Origin: Candidatus Hydrogenedentota bacterium
GTDB lineage: Bacteria > Hydrogenedentota > Hydrogenedentia > Hydrogenedentales > SLHB01
Reading direction: 5' to 3'
Assembly (NCBI GenBank): GCA_045863295.1
Contig: BTWA01000008.1
Location: forward strand, 1 to 64,000
DNA: 64,000 nt
Shown here: in pieces, positions 40,035-49,570 of the stretch
How positions within the stretch are numbered: position 1 is the stretch's first letter
Layout: each line of letters starts with the position of its first letter
Notes under the pieces: generated by a model
The model's input: only the letters and a program-made list of their open reading frames with translations
What the model was told of the DNA's origin: nothing
Database searches by the model: none
Made by a program: the position numbers and the translations under genes

Positions 40035-41183
40035 TCAGACCGGGTTTGCGACGGCCGGTATTGACGCAACCGGCAAGCGGACAGTAAATGTAGTGCCGAT
40101 GCCCGGCTCGCTGTCCACGGCGATATCGCCGCCGTAGAGTGCGGCCAACTTGCGAAGGATGGAAAGCCCCAAGCCGCTTCCCAGAATGCCGCGGGTCCGA
40201 TCATTCTTGATACGGACGAAATCATGAAACAATTTCGTACATTCGTCTTGGCTCATTCCGATGCCGGTATCCGCCACGCGAATCCGCACGTACTCGCCGT
40301 CGCGATCGACCATCACGTCCACACGGCCGCCAGCTCGATTGTATTTCACCGCGTTCGACAAAAGATTGTTGAATATCATCTCCAGCTCACACAGATCTGC
40401 TTCCATCTGAATGCCGTTGGGCATATGCAGCGTGATTTGAACGTCATGGTCCATCGCGGCGGGTTTCTGCGTCTCTATGGCAGCAATGGCGACGGCTCCA
40501 ACGTCACAGACTTCCACCTTGCGCGTCCGTTCGCCGGATTCGATGCGGGTCATGTCGAGCAAATCGCCGATCATTTTCCGCATGGCCGCCAAGCGGTGCA
40601 CGCTCTGATCCACGATCTTCGCGCGTGACTCCGGCTCGCTGTCGAGAGCCCCCGACTTGATCAGGTTCAGGTATCCTTCCACCGCGTTTATGGGCGCTTT
40701 CAGCTCGTGGGCCAACACCGAAATGAACTCGAAGCGTACGCGCCTGCGTTCCTGGGCCAGCTTCCGGGCTTGTTGAAGCGTCATCCAATGCCGGGCAGCC
40801 TTGGCAACGGTTTCTTTGAGTTCTGCCGGCGAGAACGGTTTCGCCAGGAAGTCGAAGGCCCCTTGCTTGGTGGCACGCACGGCCGCCTCGATGGACGCAT
40901 AGGCCGAAATGACGATCACCAAGGTGTCCAGCTTCATGGGGGCCAGGCGATCCAGCAGATCCAGACCGCTCATGCCGGGCAATTTCAAATCGAGGAGGAG
41001 CAAATCCGGGGGCTGGACTTCAATCAGCTCCAATGCTTTTTCAGCGGACTCCGCCTGGGCAATGCTGAATTGCACTTCGCCGTTCACGTCAGGCGTGGGA
41101 ACCACATGCTTGCGCAGCGCCCGGTCAATGCCCAGCCGCATCCCTTCCTCGTCGTCGCAAACCAACAATCTCAGCGTTTCCAT
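40035..41183 (-). CDS. Hybrid receiver domain + histidine kinase (no sensor domain)
   Basis: REC (CDDE, LLDLKLPG, AKPF); HisKA AHELKAP; HATPase NLLSNAVKY, DTGIG, GSGLGL. Confidence 0.95.
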   Translation of the reverse strand: METLRLLVCDDEEGMRLGIDRALRKHVVPTPDVNGEVQFSIAQAESAEKALELIEVQPPDLLLLDLKLPGMSGLDLLDRLAPMKLDTLVIVISAYASIEAAVRATKQGAFDFLAKPFSPAELKETVAKAARHWMTLQQARKLAQERRRVRFEFISVLAHELKAPINAVEGYLNLIKSGALDSEPESRAKIVDQSVHRLAAMRKMIGDLLDMTRIESGERTRKVEVCDVGAVAIAAIETQKPAAMDHDVQITLHMPNGIQMEADLCELEMIFNNLLSNAVKYNRAGGRVDVMVDRDGEYVRIRVADTGIGMSQDECTKLFHDFVRIKNDRTRGILGSGLGLSILRKLAALYGGDIAVDSEPGIGTTFTVRLPVASIPAVANPV

Positions 41184-41201
41184 GAGATACTCGTTTTCTG
41201 T

Positions 41202-41600
41202 TTACGTCTTCGCGGCAATCAGCCGCTCAATTTCACGCGTCAATTGTTCAAATCGTACGGGTTTCGCCAGCATGGCATCCGCCTTTACCCAGGACCGTTC
41301 CTCGTCCGTGGCCGCGTCGAATGCCATGCCCGTTTCGTGACCCACGCCGGTACACATGATCACGGGGACATCCCGGTGGTCTTTCTTGATCGAATAGCAA
41401 AGGGCAAAGCCGGAGTCAACGTCTTCCATCATGAGATCGACAATGGCCAGATCGGGTTTCTGCGACGCCAGTAGCTGTTCTGCTTCGGCCCTGCTTCCGG
41501 CCGTGGATACCGAGTAACCGGCCTTTTCCAGCATGAGGCGATGTTGCAGAAGAAAATCGTCGTCATCATCGACCAGGAGAATCTGAAGTTTCTTGTCCAT
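41202..41600 (-). CDS. Single-domain response regulator
   Basis: LLVDDD, IVDLMM, CTG, AKPV; start overlaps the hydA stop (TAATG). Confidence 0.93.
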   Translation of the reverse strand: MDKKLQILLVDDDDDFLLQHRLMLEKAGYSVSTAGSRAEAEQLLASQKPDLAIVDLMMEDVDSGFALCYSIKKDHRDVPVIMCTGVGHETGMAFDAATDEERSWVKADAMLAKPVRFEQLTREIERLIAAKT

Positions 41601-43321
41601 TATTTCATTACCTCGCGCGTGCCGTAGTGCGTGTGGAGCAGCGCATGACTTTTTTCGCCAAGCGGCTCGCCCAGGAAATCAGCATACAATTGTTTCACGG
41701 AATTATTGGCGTGCGCCGTGCGCACCGGTTCGTTCCGATCGATGGCATACAGCGACTGCATCCGCGCCCGCAGCGCCTCGGTGTCCGTGCGGAAGAGTTG
41801 ACCGCCGCCGTTGATGCAGCCGCCGGGACACGTCATGACTTCGATAAAGTGCAAATCGCGGCGCCCCCGCCGCACTTCTTCGAGCAGATCGTGGGCGTTT
41901 TTCAGTCCGCTAACCACGGCGATGCCGAGATCAAGACCGCCCACCTGCAGCCTCATTTCCTTGTGGCCATTAATGCCACGCACGGCTTCCACCTTCAATT
42001 CATCCATGTCCTGTCCAGTAATCAAGTAGTGGGCCGTCCGGATGGCGGCTTCCGTAACACCGCCGGAAGCGCCAAACAGTTTGCCCGCCGTGCTACGTTC
42101 GCCAAACGGCAAGTCCATGGGTTCCGGCTTCAAGGAATTGAAGTCCAGATGACGCATTCGAATCATCTGCACCAATTCGCGCGTAGTCAAGACGGCATCC
42201 ACATCGGGCAATCCGTCGTGCATCATCTCCGGCCGGCCCGATTCGAACTTCTTCGCAATGCAGGGCATGACGGCAACGTCAAACACGTTTCGCGGATCGA
42301 TTCCGTTCTTCTCGGCAAAGTAGGTTTTCAATACAGCCCCAAGCATCTGCTGCGGACTCTTGCACGTGGACAGATTCGGAATAAACTCAGGGTAGAATTG
42401 CTCGACATACTTGATCCAGCCTGGCGAGCAACTGGTCATCAACGGCAATCTCTCGCCTTTTACGATGCGCTTGACCAATTCGCTTGCTTCTTCCATTACG
42501 GTCAGGTCCGCGCTGAAAGAAGTGTCGAACACGTATTCGAATCCGATGCGCCGGAGCGCGGCAGCCATCAATCCGTTTACGTCGGTCCCCGGCTTCAGGC
42601 CGAACGCTTCGCCCAAGGTTATGGAAACGCTCGGCGCGTTTTGGACAACCACGATCTTTTCGGGATCGGCGATGGCTTCCATGACTTCCTTGATATGACT
42701 GCGCTCGGCGAGCGCTCCGGTGGGGCATGCCACAACACATTGCCCGCAGAAGATGCAACTCGAGAGGTTCAGACCGTCTTCAAAAGCCACGGAAATGTGG
42801 GTGTTACTGCCGCGCCCGACAAAGTCGATGGCGCCAATGCCCTGCATCTCTTCGCAGACCCGGACGCATTTTCCGCAGAGAATGCACTTGTCGGGATCGC
42901 GTACCAGCGCCGGGCTGGACAGGTCCTTCTTGTGGTGCCGCTTGCCGCCCGCGTAGCGCCTTGATCGCACGCCGTATTCCGCCGCCAGATCCTGGAGATC
43001 GCATTGGCTGTTGCGATCGCAATACAAACAATCGTCGGGATGATCGGCAAGCAGCAACTCCACGATGGTCTTGCGTGCGCGAAGAGCCCGTTCGCCGTGC
43101 GTCTGTATCTTCATGCCGTCGCGCACCGGGCACGCGCAACTCGGGACGAGATTGGGCGCGCCGGCCACTTCGACAACGCACATACGGCAGGCGCCGCTGG
43201 GAAACATACCTTCCATATGGCACAACGTGGGCACGTGCACATGCGCGCGCCGCAACGCCGTCAGCAACATCTCACCGGATTTCGCCTCGACAGGCCGTCC
43301 GTTTACTTCGATCGTAATCAT
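41600..43321 (-). CDS. hydA: [FeFe]-hydrogenase catalytic subunit, group A3 (HydA/HndD-like)
   Basis: 2Fe-2S, His-ligated 4Fe-4S (HPDDCLYC), two 4Fe-4S motifs; H-cluster motifs TSCSPGW, MPCIAKKFE, EVMTCPGGCINGGG. Confidence 0.96.
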   Translation of the reverse strand: MITIEVNGRPVEAKSGEMLLTALRRAHVHVPTLCHMEGMFPSGACRMCVVEVAGAPNLVPSCACPVRDGMKIQTHGERALRARKTIVELLLADHPDDCLYCDRNSQCDLQDLAAEYGVRSRRYAGGKRHHKKDLSSPALVRDPDKCILCGKCVRVCEEMQGIGAIDFVGRGSNTHISVAFEDGLNLSSCIFCGQCVVACPTGALAERSHIKEVMEAIADPEKIVVVQNAPSVSITLGEAFGLKPGTDVNGLMAAALRRIGFEYVFDTSFSADLTVMEEASELVKRIVKGERLPLMTSCSPGWIKYVEQFYPEFIPNLSTCKSPQQMLGAVLKTYFAEKNGIDPRNVFDVAVMPCIAKKFESGRPEMMHDGLPDVDAVLTTRELVQMIRMRHLDFNSLKPEPMDLPFGERSTAGKLFGASGGVTEAAIRTAHYLITGQDMDELKVEAVRGINGHKEMRLQVGGLDLGIAVVSGLKNAHDLLEEVRRGRRDLHFIEVMTCPGGCINGGGQLFRTDTEALRARMQSLYAIDRNEPVRTAHANNSVKQLYADFLGEPLGEKSHALLHTHYGTREVMK

Positions 43322-43324
43322 GGT

Positions 43325-45442
43325 CTATTCCTTTTTCATCCGGACCAGGCCTTTGCCGTCGTGCCAGTTGTGGAAAGCGCCCGAGCCAAACAATCCCTCG
43401 ATGGCGTCGTCTTCGTGCAAGGCCGCGACGGCGGGCCTTGGCATGTCGGCATGAAGTACCGCGTCGTGGTTGCACACATCCCGGCACGCGCCGCATCCGA
43501 TGCATTGGTCATCGATGATGTAATGGATCCGATCGCGTACTCCGACGATGGCGTTCGTCGGGCATTTGGGCTTGCAGCTTCCACACCCTGTGCATGCATC
43601 GGCCTCGATGCGAAATGTGCGCAACTCGGTGCATACACCCGCGGGACACCGGCGCTCGTAGATATGCGCCTCGTACTCGTCCCGGAACCAACGCAACGTG
43701 CTCAACACGGGATTCGGCGCGGTCTGTCCGAGGCCGCACAAGCTCGTGTCTTTGATCACCTCGGCCAGCCGGGTCATGTACATGACGCTTTGAAAGCGCT
43801 GGAGGGCATCGTTGCCTTTTTCACCGCGCCGGCCGCGCGTAATGCGTTGCAGCGACTCCAGCAGACGAAGCGTGCCTTCGCGGCAAGGAATACACTTGCC
43901 GCAGCTCTCGCGCTGGATAAATTCCATGAAGAATTTGGCCACATCCACCATGCAGGTATCTTCGTCCATGACCACGAGACCGCCTGAGCCCATCATGGCC
44001 CCCACGGTTTTGATTGACTCGTAATCCACCTGGATGTCCATGTGCTGGTCGGGAATACACCCGCCGGAGGGCCCGCCGATCTGTACCGCCTTAAAGCGTT
44101 TTTCGTTCGGTATGCCACCGCCAATGTCGAACACCACCGAGCGCAGCGGGGTACCCATGGCCACTTCCACAAGGCCCGTTCGGACGACCTTGCCGGAAAG
44201 CGCGAATACCTTGGTGCCATTGCTCGTGGGCGTACCCAGCGCCGCAAAGGCCGCCCAACCGCGCCGCATCAGCCCAGGCAGGTTGGCCAGCGTTTCAACG
44301 TTGTTAATGATGGTGGGCTTGCCAAAAACACCCTGCACCGCAGGGAACGGCGGACGCGGACGCGGCATGCCGCGCTTGCCTTCGATGCTGTGAATCAGGG
44401 CGGTTTCCTCGCCGCATACAAACGCGCCCGCGCCTTTCTTGATCTTGATATGCAACGAGAAGCCGCTGTCCAGAATGTTCGTGCCCAGAAGGCCGTAGTC
44501 TTCGGCCTGTGCAATGGCCTGCCGGAGCCGTTTGATGGCAAGCGGATATTCGGCGCGGATGTACACGTACCCATGTCGTGCGGCGATGCCGTAGGCGGCT
44601 ATGGCCATACCTTCGATCATCCGGTGCGGGTCTCCCTCGATAACCGCACGATCCATGAACGCGCCAGGGTCCCCTTCGTCGGCGTTGCATACGATGTATT
44701 TATCGCCACTTTCCTGGGCCAGCGCGATCTTCCATTTCGTGCCCGTCGGAAATCCGCCGCCCCCCCTGCCGCGTAAACCGGCGCGTTCGACGTCGTCACA
44801 CACTTCAGCAGGCGTCTTCGTGCGCAAAATGTCCGCCAGCGTTCGGTATCCGCCTCGGGCAATGTACTCGTCGATTGAAATGGGATCGACGATGCCGCAA
44901 TGTTCCAACACCCATCGTGTCTGAGGTTTGAAGAACGGGTGTTCGTCCATAAAGGGAATCCCGTCCCACGCGTCGAGGCCATCCTGCCGGAATTGCCCCA
45001 ACACAAATTGGCTTGGCCCAACATCGCCCGTGAACACGCTCTCCAGCAATCCATCAACATCGGCGCCGGAGACGTGCTGAAAACTGATACGGGTCCGGCC
45101 CGGTACGTGGACATCCATGAGCGGCTCAGCGGAACAAAGACCGATGCACCCCACTTCTATGATTTCCGCGTCAATGCCCTTTCGCGCAAGGTACAGCTTG
45201 ACCGCCAACAACGTCTTAGCCGCGCCGGCGCCAAGACCGCATGTACCGGCCCCAACATACACAACCGTTTTCTTCAGGGTTTCCCGGCGCAGCCGTTTGG
45301 CTCGCTTCGTTTGTTTTTCGGTGCATTCCTGGTGGGTGTGGCATTTGGGACCTTCCACCAGGCATGCCAATACGTCGGGACAGGGCTTCTCGGACGAATG
45401 CCAGCAGTGGTTGCAGCAACGCGCGTCGGTCAGGGTGTTCAT
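43325..45442 (-). CDS. hydB: Hydrogenase NADH/FMN-binding subunit (HydB/HndC, NuoF-like)
   Basis: Thioredoxin-like 2Fe-2S domain, GLRGRGGGGFPTG, CNADEGDPGAFMDR, GAFVCGEETAL, GGPSGG, CGKCIPCREG, C-terminal 2x4Fe-4S. Confidence 0.95.
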   Translation of the reverse strand: MNTLTDARCCNHCWHSSEKPCPDVLACLVEGPKCHTHQECTEKQTKRAKRLRRETLKKTVVYVGAGTCGLGAGAAKTLLAVKLYLARKGIDAEIIEVGCIGLCSAEPLMDVHVPGRTRISFQHVSGADVDGLLESVFTGDVGPSQFVLGQFRQDGLDAWDGIPFMDEHPFFKPQTRWVLEHCGIVDPISIDEYIARGGYRTLADILRTKTPAEVCDDVERAGLRGRGGGGFPTGTKWKIALAQESGDKYIVCNADEGDPGAFMDRAVIEGDPHRMIEGMAIAAYGIAARHGYVYIRAEYPLAIKRLRQAIAQAEDYGLLGTNILDSGFSLHIKIKKGAGAFVCGEETALIHSIEGKRGMPRPRPPFPAVQGVFGKPTIINNVETLANLPGLMRRGWAAFAALGTPTSNGTKVFALSGKVVRTGLVEVAMGTPLRSVVFDIGGGIPNEKRFKAVQIGGPSGGCIPDQHMDIQVDYESIKTVGAMMGSGGLVVMDEDTCMVDVAKFFMEFIQRESCGKCIPCREGTLRLLESLQRITRGRRGEKGNDALQRFQSVMYMTRLAEVIKDTSLCGLGQTAPNPVLSTLRWFRDEYEAHIYERRCPAGVCTELRTFRIEADACTGCGSCKPKCPTNAIVGVRDRIHYIIDDQCIGCGACRDVCNHDAVLHADMPRPAVAALHEDDAIEGLFGSGAFHNWHDGKGLVRMKKE

Positions 45443-45942
45443 GATTCCATCCCCGCTTCCTGCCAATCGGCCACCAGGTCCCGCACGCTCTTGGTCGTTA
45501 CTCCCGCGTGGAACTCGCCATTTTGAACAACCACCGGGGCCAGACCGCACGCCCCGACACACGCCACGACCTCAAGGCTGTATTGGCCGTCGCGACGGGT
45601 CTGGCCAGGTTCCACGCCGATTTCTTGTTTGAGCGCATCCAGCACACCAAGACTGCCCTTCACGTGACACGCGGTGCCCCGGCAGACTTGGTAATGGCAT
45701 TTACCCAGGGGTTGAAACCGGAATTGGTTGTAAAAGGTGGCGACGCCATAGATCTTTGAAGCGGGCAAATGAAGGTATTCGCTTATCGCGGCAATGGAAT
45801 CGCGCGAAAGGTAGCCTAGATGCTCTTGAACGTCCTGTAGGATCGGGATGAGGGAGGATCGATCCCCGGCCGGGTAGTCGTGCAGGATTTCGGTCAGTTC
45901 TTCAAGTAACGGGTCGTCGTCTGTGTCTGGTACTGCTTGCAT
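45439..45942 (-). CDS. hydC: Hydrogenase 2Fe-2S subunit (HydC/HndA, NuoE-like)
   Basis: LIPILQ, GVATFY, CRGTACHVKG, CVGACGLAP. Confidence 0.95.
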   Translation of the reverse strand: MQAVPDTDDDPLLEELTEILHDYPAGDRSSLIPILQDVQEHLGYLSRDSIAAISEYLHLPASKIYGVATFYNQFRFQPLGKCHYQVCRGTACHVKGSLGVLDALKQEIGVEPGQTRRDGQYSLEVVACVGACGLAPVVVQNGEFHAGVTTKSVRDLVADWQEAGMES

Positions 45943-45946
45943 TGCC

Positions 45947-46582
45947 TTAGGTTCCCCCTTGAACCACGTCGTTGCGGGCAAAGTAAATCACCCGCTCAAG
46001 CGACATCGTTAAATCCACATCTTCCACATACACATGATCGGGCGCCCACAATCGCACGGGCGCGAAATTCAAAATCCCCCGGATGCCGGCCGCGTAGAGC
46101 CGTTGCGCGGCCGCCTGCGCCTCCGTCGCCGGCACCGCCACAATCGCGACGCCGATTCCCTGATCGCGGATGACGCTTTCCAACTCGTCGATGGCGTAAA
46201 CGGGGCAACCGTTAATGACACGGTTGGCCACGCTTTCGCTCACGTCAAATGCCGCCACTATCGAAAGCCGAGGGTTGCGCCCCACAAAGTAGGACAGCAG
46301 CGCCCGGCCCAGATTCCCCACCCCAACCAAGGCCACGCCATGAAACGCTTCCGCGTCCAGAAACTGGCCGATGCTGGTCATCAAGGCGTCCACGTCGTAT
46401 CCACGCACTGGACTGCCGGTGTATCCCAACGTCATGATGTCCCGTCTCACTTGAGCGGGCGTGCAGTTGGCCAGTGCTGCCAGCTCGTGTGAGTAGATCG
46501 CCTCTTTTCCTTCCTGTTTTTGCTGGTGGAGGATCCGGCGGTACAGGCTGAGGCGTCCGATGGTTTTGTCCGAAGCGACCAT
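45947..46582 (-). CDS. rex: Redox-sensing transcriptional repressor Rex
   Basis: TIGRLSLY, S.ELA, AQVRRD, GYDV, VGVGNLGRAL, GILNFAP. Confidence 0.95.
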   Translation of the reverse strand: MVASDKTIGRLSLYRRILHQQKQEGKEAIYSHELAALANCTPAQVRRDIMTLGYTGSPVRGYDVDALMTSIGQFLDAEAFHGVALVGVGNLGRALLSYFVGRNPRLSIVAAFDVSESVANRVINGCPVYAIDELESVIRDQGIGVAIVAVPATEAQAAAQRLYAAGIRGILNFAPVRLWAPDHVYVEDVDLTMSLERVIYFARNDVVQGGT

Positions 46583-46599
46583 GGGGGTGATCTCCGTCG

Positions 46600-46634
46600 T
46601 TGTGAGACATCTCACACTGTGAATCTGTTCACAG
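46600..46634. promoter_or_regulatory. Two adjacent Rex operators
   Basis: TTGTGAG-ACAT-CTCACAC (46600-46617) and CTGTGAA-TCTG-TTCACAG (46617-46634) vs consensus TTGTGAA-N4-TTCACAA. Confidence 0.88.
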
Positions 46635-46636
46635 AA

Positions 46637-46665
46637 AGTGTATCATCTTTTCCGCACCGAGTCAA
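46637..46665 (-). promoter_or_regulatory. Sigma70 promoter of the rex-hyd operon
   Basis: Minus strand TTGACT-17 bp-TACACT with extended TG; the predicted start site falls inside the Rex operator. Confidence 0.8.
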
Positions 46666-46741
46666 CTGCATGTTTTAATCGGATTTCTTCGAACCGCATA
46701 ATACCGGACAATGAAATACCCGAAAGTCAGGAGAGTACATC

Positions 46742-48475
46742 GTGTCCAACCGGATTTGGATGCCAAGCGTAGCGGCATTTGCGCTGTGTCAGGCCTGTGC
46801 CTGGGCCGCCTCCCCGCTGCACCTATACGAACTTTCAGGAACTCCGGACTCGCGGGCCTACGACGAAGCGATGGCCGTGGCTGGTCTTCAAGGCATAATG
46901 AACGCGAACTCCCCGGATCTCTATGTCGTTTCCAAGGGGAATGGGCGTTCCCTCGAATGGCTCAATCGGCTTCAAGAAGAAGGAAATTGGCTGTCGGGAC
47001 GCGAACGCGCACCAGTGCCGGATTTGGATTCGCTACGCGCACTTGCGGGGGAACGCATTGCGGGCGCAGTCATCTGGGACCCCGCCGTTCCCGCCACCAT
47101 CAACATCGCGACCACGATTGCCGGGGTGCGGAATGGAGTAGTGTTGAGTCCCGAGTTGGCCGATCAAGTGCTTGCCAAGTGGAACCTGCCCGTATTGGAA
47201 GATTTGAGGGGCCGCTTCGACGGCAGCGAGACGGGTAGTGCCAAGAACGATGCCTACCGGTGGGCTATTCGCGAATTTCTGGATACAGGGAAGTGCGAAT
47301 CGCATTTTCTGTGTTTGTTTGAAGATGCGGCCCAAGCGCGCGCGGGTGGAGGCATCGGTTACGTCGTGACCCGGGACTGGGCGGTAAAGAACAAAGCATT
47401 TGTCTTTGATCTTTCCCCGTGGGGCGACGAACCTCCGAAAGACGACCCCAATCAGAAACTGGGGACGGACCTTGAGACGTACCGCATGATTCTTGAAGCC
47501 ACGATGAAGAACGCAGCCGGCAGGCACATGACTGAACTCACGGGCTTCTTCCCCTTCTGGAAGTACAGCAACGTGCCGGGTTATTCAAGCAGCCATGAAC
47601 CTGTGCCCACGGAATGGGAATCGGTGTACGTCATGTCGCCTTATAATTGTTATCAGAATACGATATCCAGCGATTGTTACAACCAGTCGTTTCACAGCCA
47701 GGCCCCGTTCACGCCCCTGAAACAATCCCGTCCGGATTTGAAAACGACGATCGAGAAGAAAGCATACGTTTGCATTTTGATGGCGGACTACGACTCCGCC
47801 ACACCGCTGTACGACTTTCTGCCCAAACATTGGGCGGACCCCAAACGTGGCACGATTCCGCTGGCATGGGGTATCAATCCGAATTTGATTGAGACATATC
47901 CCGACGTCATTGCGCATTTCTACAAGACAGCCACGCCCAACGACCACTTCACGGCGGATGCCAGTGCGGCGGGGTATTTCAATCCCAATCGCATCCGGCC
48001 CGGGCAACTGCCTCTTTTCACAAAGCACAACAGACACTTCTTCGAGGCGACAGACATGACCATTGCTCCAATGGTGCTGGATTGGGATCAACCGAGCGAT
48101 GCCGTGAAAGACGCGTTCGCACAGTTCTCGCCGGATGGATTCGCCACAATTGTGATGGACATGCACGGCAACGGCGGCACCGTGCCGAAGCCGCAGGTGT
48201 GGAAAGGCATGCCCGTAACGGAACTTCTCAACAACACCTGCAACTTCGTGAATCCGCAACAGACCGCGAATGCAATGTACGGCGCGATCAAGGATCGCGG
48301 GACTCAACTGCCAGGTTTCTATTTTTTCCGCATCGTGTGGACACCGCCGTCAGCCATCATTGAAAGCCTGGATGCTTTCCGCAAAGACCATCCAGACATC
48401 CCCATCGAAGTGGTTGATCCCTACAACTTCTTCGCGCTATTCAAAATGCAATACGAAGACGCGAAATTGCCTTGA
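46742..48475 (+). CDS. Secreted GxGYxYP-family putative glycoside hydrolase
   Basis: Signal peptide, LQGIMN, IWDPAVPATINIATTIAG, PLAWGINP, SAAGYFNP. Confidence 0.75.
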   Translation: MSNRIWMPSVAAFALCQACAWAASPLHLYELSGTPDSRAYDEAMAVAGLQGIMNANSPDLYVVSKGNGRSLEWLNRLQEEGNWLSGRERAPVPDLDSLRALAGERIAGAVIWDPAVPATINIATTIAGVRNGVVLSPELADQVLAKWNLPVLEDLRGRFDGSETGSAKNDAYRWAIREFLDTGKCESHFLCLFEDAAQARAGGGIGYVVTRDWAVKNKAFVFDLSPWGDEPPKDDPNQKLGTDLETYRMILEATMKNAAGRHMTELTGFFPFWKYSNVPGYSSSHEPVPTEWESVYVMSPYNCYQNTISSDCYNQSFHSQAPFTPLKQSRPDLKTTIEKKAYVCILMADYDSATPLYDFLPKHWADPKRGTIPLAWGINPNLIETYPDVIAHFYKTATPNDHFTADASAAGYFNPNRIRPGQLPLFTKHNRHFFEATDMTIAPMVLDWDQPSDAVKDAFAQFSPDGFATIVMDMHGNGGTVPKPQVWKGMPVTELLNNTCNFVNPQQTANAMYGAIKDRGTQLPGFYFFRIVWTPPSAIIESLDAFRKDHPDIPIEVVDPYNFFALFKMQYEDAKLP

Positions 48476-48571
48476 TCTGGCGTGCGAGGATGTCACCTTC
48501 GATTCGCCGCGGGGAACCAATTTCCGGCTGAGCTTCCGCTGCATTCGTCTTCACGGTGCCGCCTACCGGGG

Positions 48572-49534
48572 TCAACGTTCTCCCGCCCGGAACGCCCCTG
48601 CCTTGCTTACCAACGCACTGCCGGACGACGTACTCACCCGAGAGAATTCGCGAGCCCACATTTCCGGCGGACAGTTCAGGCCTTTTTCGCTAAACAGGGC
48701 CGGATCAATCGGCGGGTTCAGATTCACCGAGTCGATTGTATAGGTATAGTTGAAACCGCCACCGCGCTCTCCCCTCTCCACGCGTGCGAACCGTTTGGGA
48801 AACCAGATTCCGGGTTCGACTTCGTCAAACTCAGCCAGAAGTTGAAAGAATGCGTCTCCCTGAACGTGCAGCGTTTGCTTTTCGCACAGGTAACCCTTGC
48901 GTGGGTTTACTTCAAGGGTCCGGTGCTTCCACGGTTTCTCTCCCGTTGTCCAGACTTCGATAGTGATCACGGGATCTCCTGCCGGATTTACAGACTCGAC
49001 AGCTTCATATCGATAGTCTCTGCCTGCTCGTCGAAAGTGCGCCAGGGGCAACGCAACGACGCGCGCGTCAGCGTGGTCGCAGGCATCATCAAATGCGGGT
49101 GCTTCTGGGTTTGTGTTTCCTTCCACGAATAGCAGGTCCTGATGGATACCTGCATTGTCTATGAATGTGGCCGCGAATTGCGCCGTGCGAACCCCAAACG
49201 TATCCGTGGGCGATGACGCGCCGCCGCGTGTCGTGGAACCGCGCATCGCTACATGCAAGTTTGCGTCATCCACAACACACCGGATGGTTCCCTCGCGCCG
49301 TGTCGCATCAACGACATTTACCATGGAATGGATGTCGTATGTTCCCGTGTACTCGTATTTCTCCAATGCATCCCACGCAGCATCTTGATTTGACTGCACC
49401 AGCGCAACAAGATCAACGGGCTCGGGGACGGCATTGCGCCAAAACAGAATGGGCGCGACAAGGACTGCCGCAATGCCAATCAGAGGTAGAACTATCGTCC
49501 AACGAACAGCCCCTTGGGATTCTGTCGTACTCAT
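48572..49534 (-). CDS. Hypothetical membrane-anchored periplasmic protein (LolA-like fold possible)
   Basis: N-terminal TM; C-terminal GIWFP...VNLNPPIDPALF; follows blaR1. Confidence 0.65.
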   Translation of the reverse strand: MSTTESQGAVRWTIVLPLIGIAAVLVAPILFWRNAVPEPVDLVALVQSNQDAAWDALEKYEYTGTYDIHSMVNVVDATRREGTIRCVVDDANLHVAMRGSTTRGGASSPTDTFGVRTAQFAATFIDNAGIHQDLLFVEGNTNPEAPAFDDACDHADARVVALPLAHFRRAGRDYRYEAVESVNPAGDPVITIEVWTTGEKPWKHRTLEVNPRKGYLCEKQTLHVQGDAFFQLLAEFDEVEPGIWFPKRFARVERGERGGGFNYTYTIDSVNLNPPIDPALFSEKGLNCPPEMWAREFSRVSTSSGSALVSKAGAFRAGER

Positions 49535-49570
49535 GGCGGGCAAGTCGTTCCATCCGATTCTCAAACGTTT

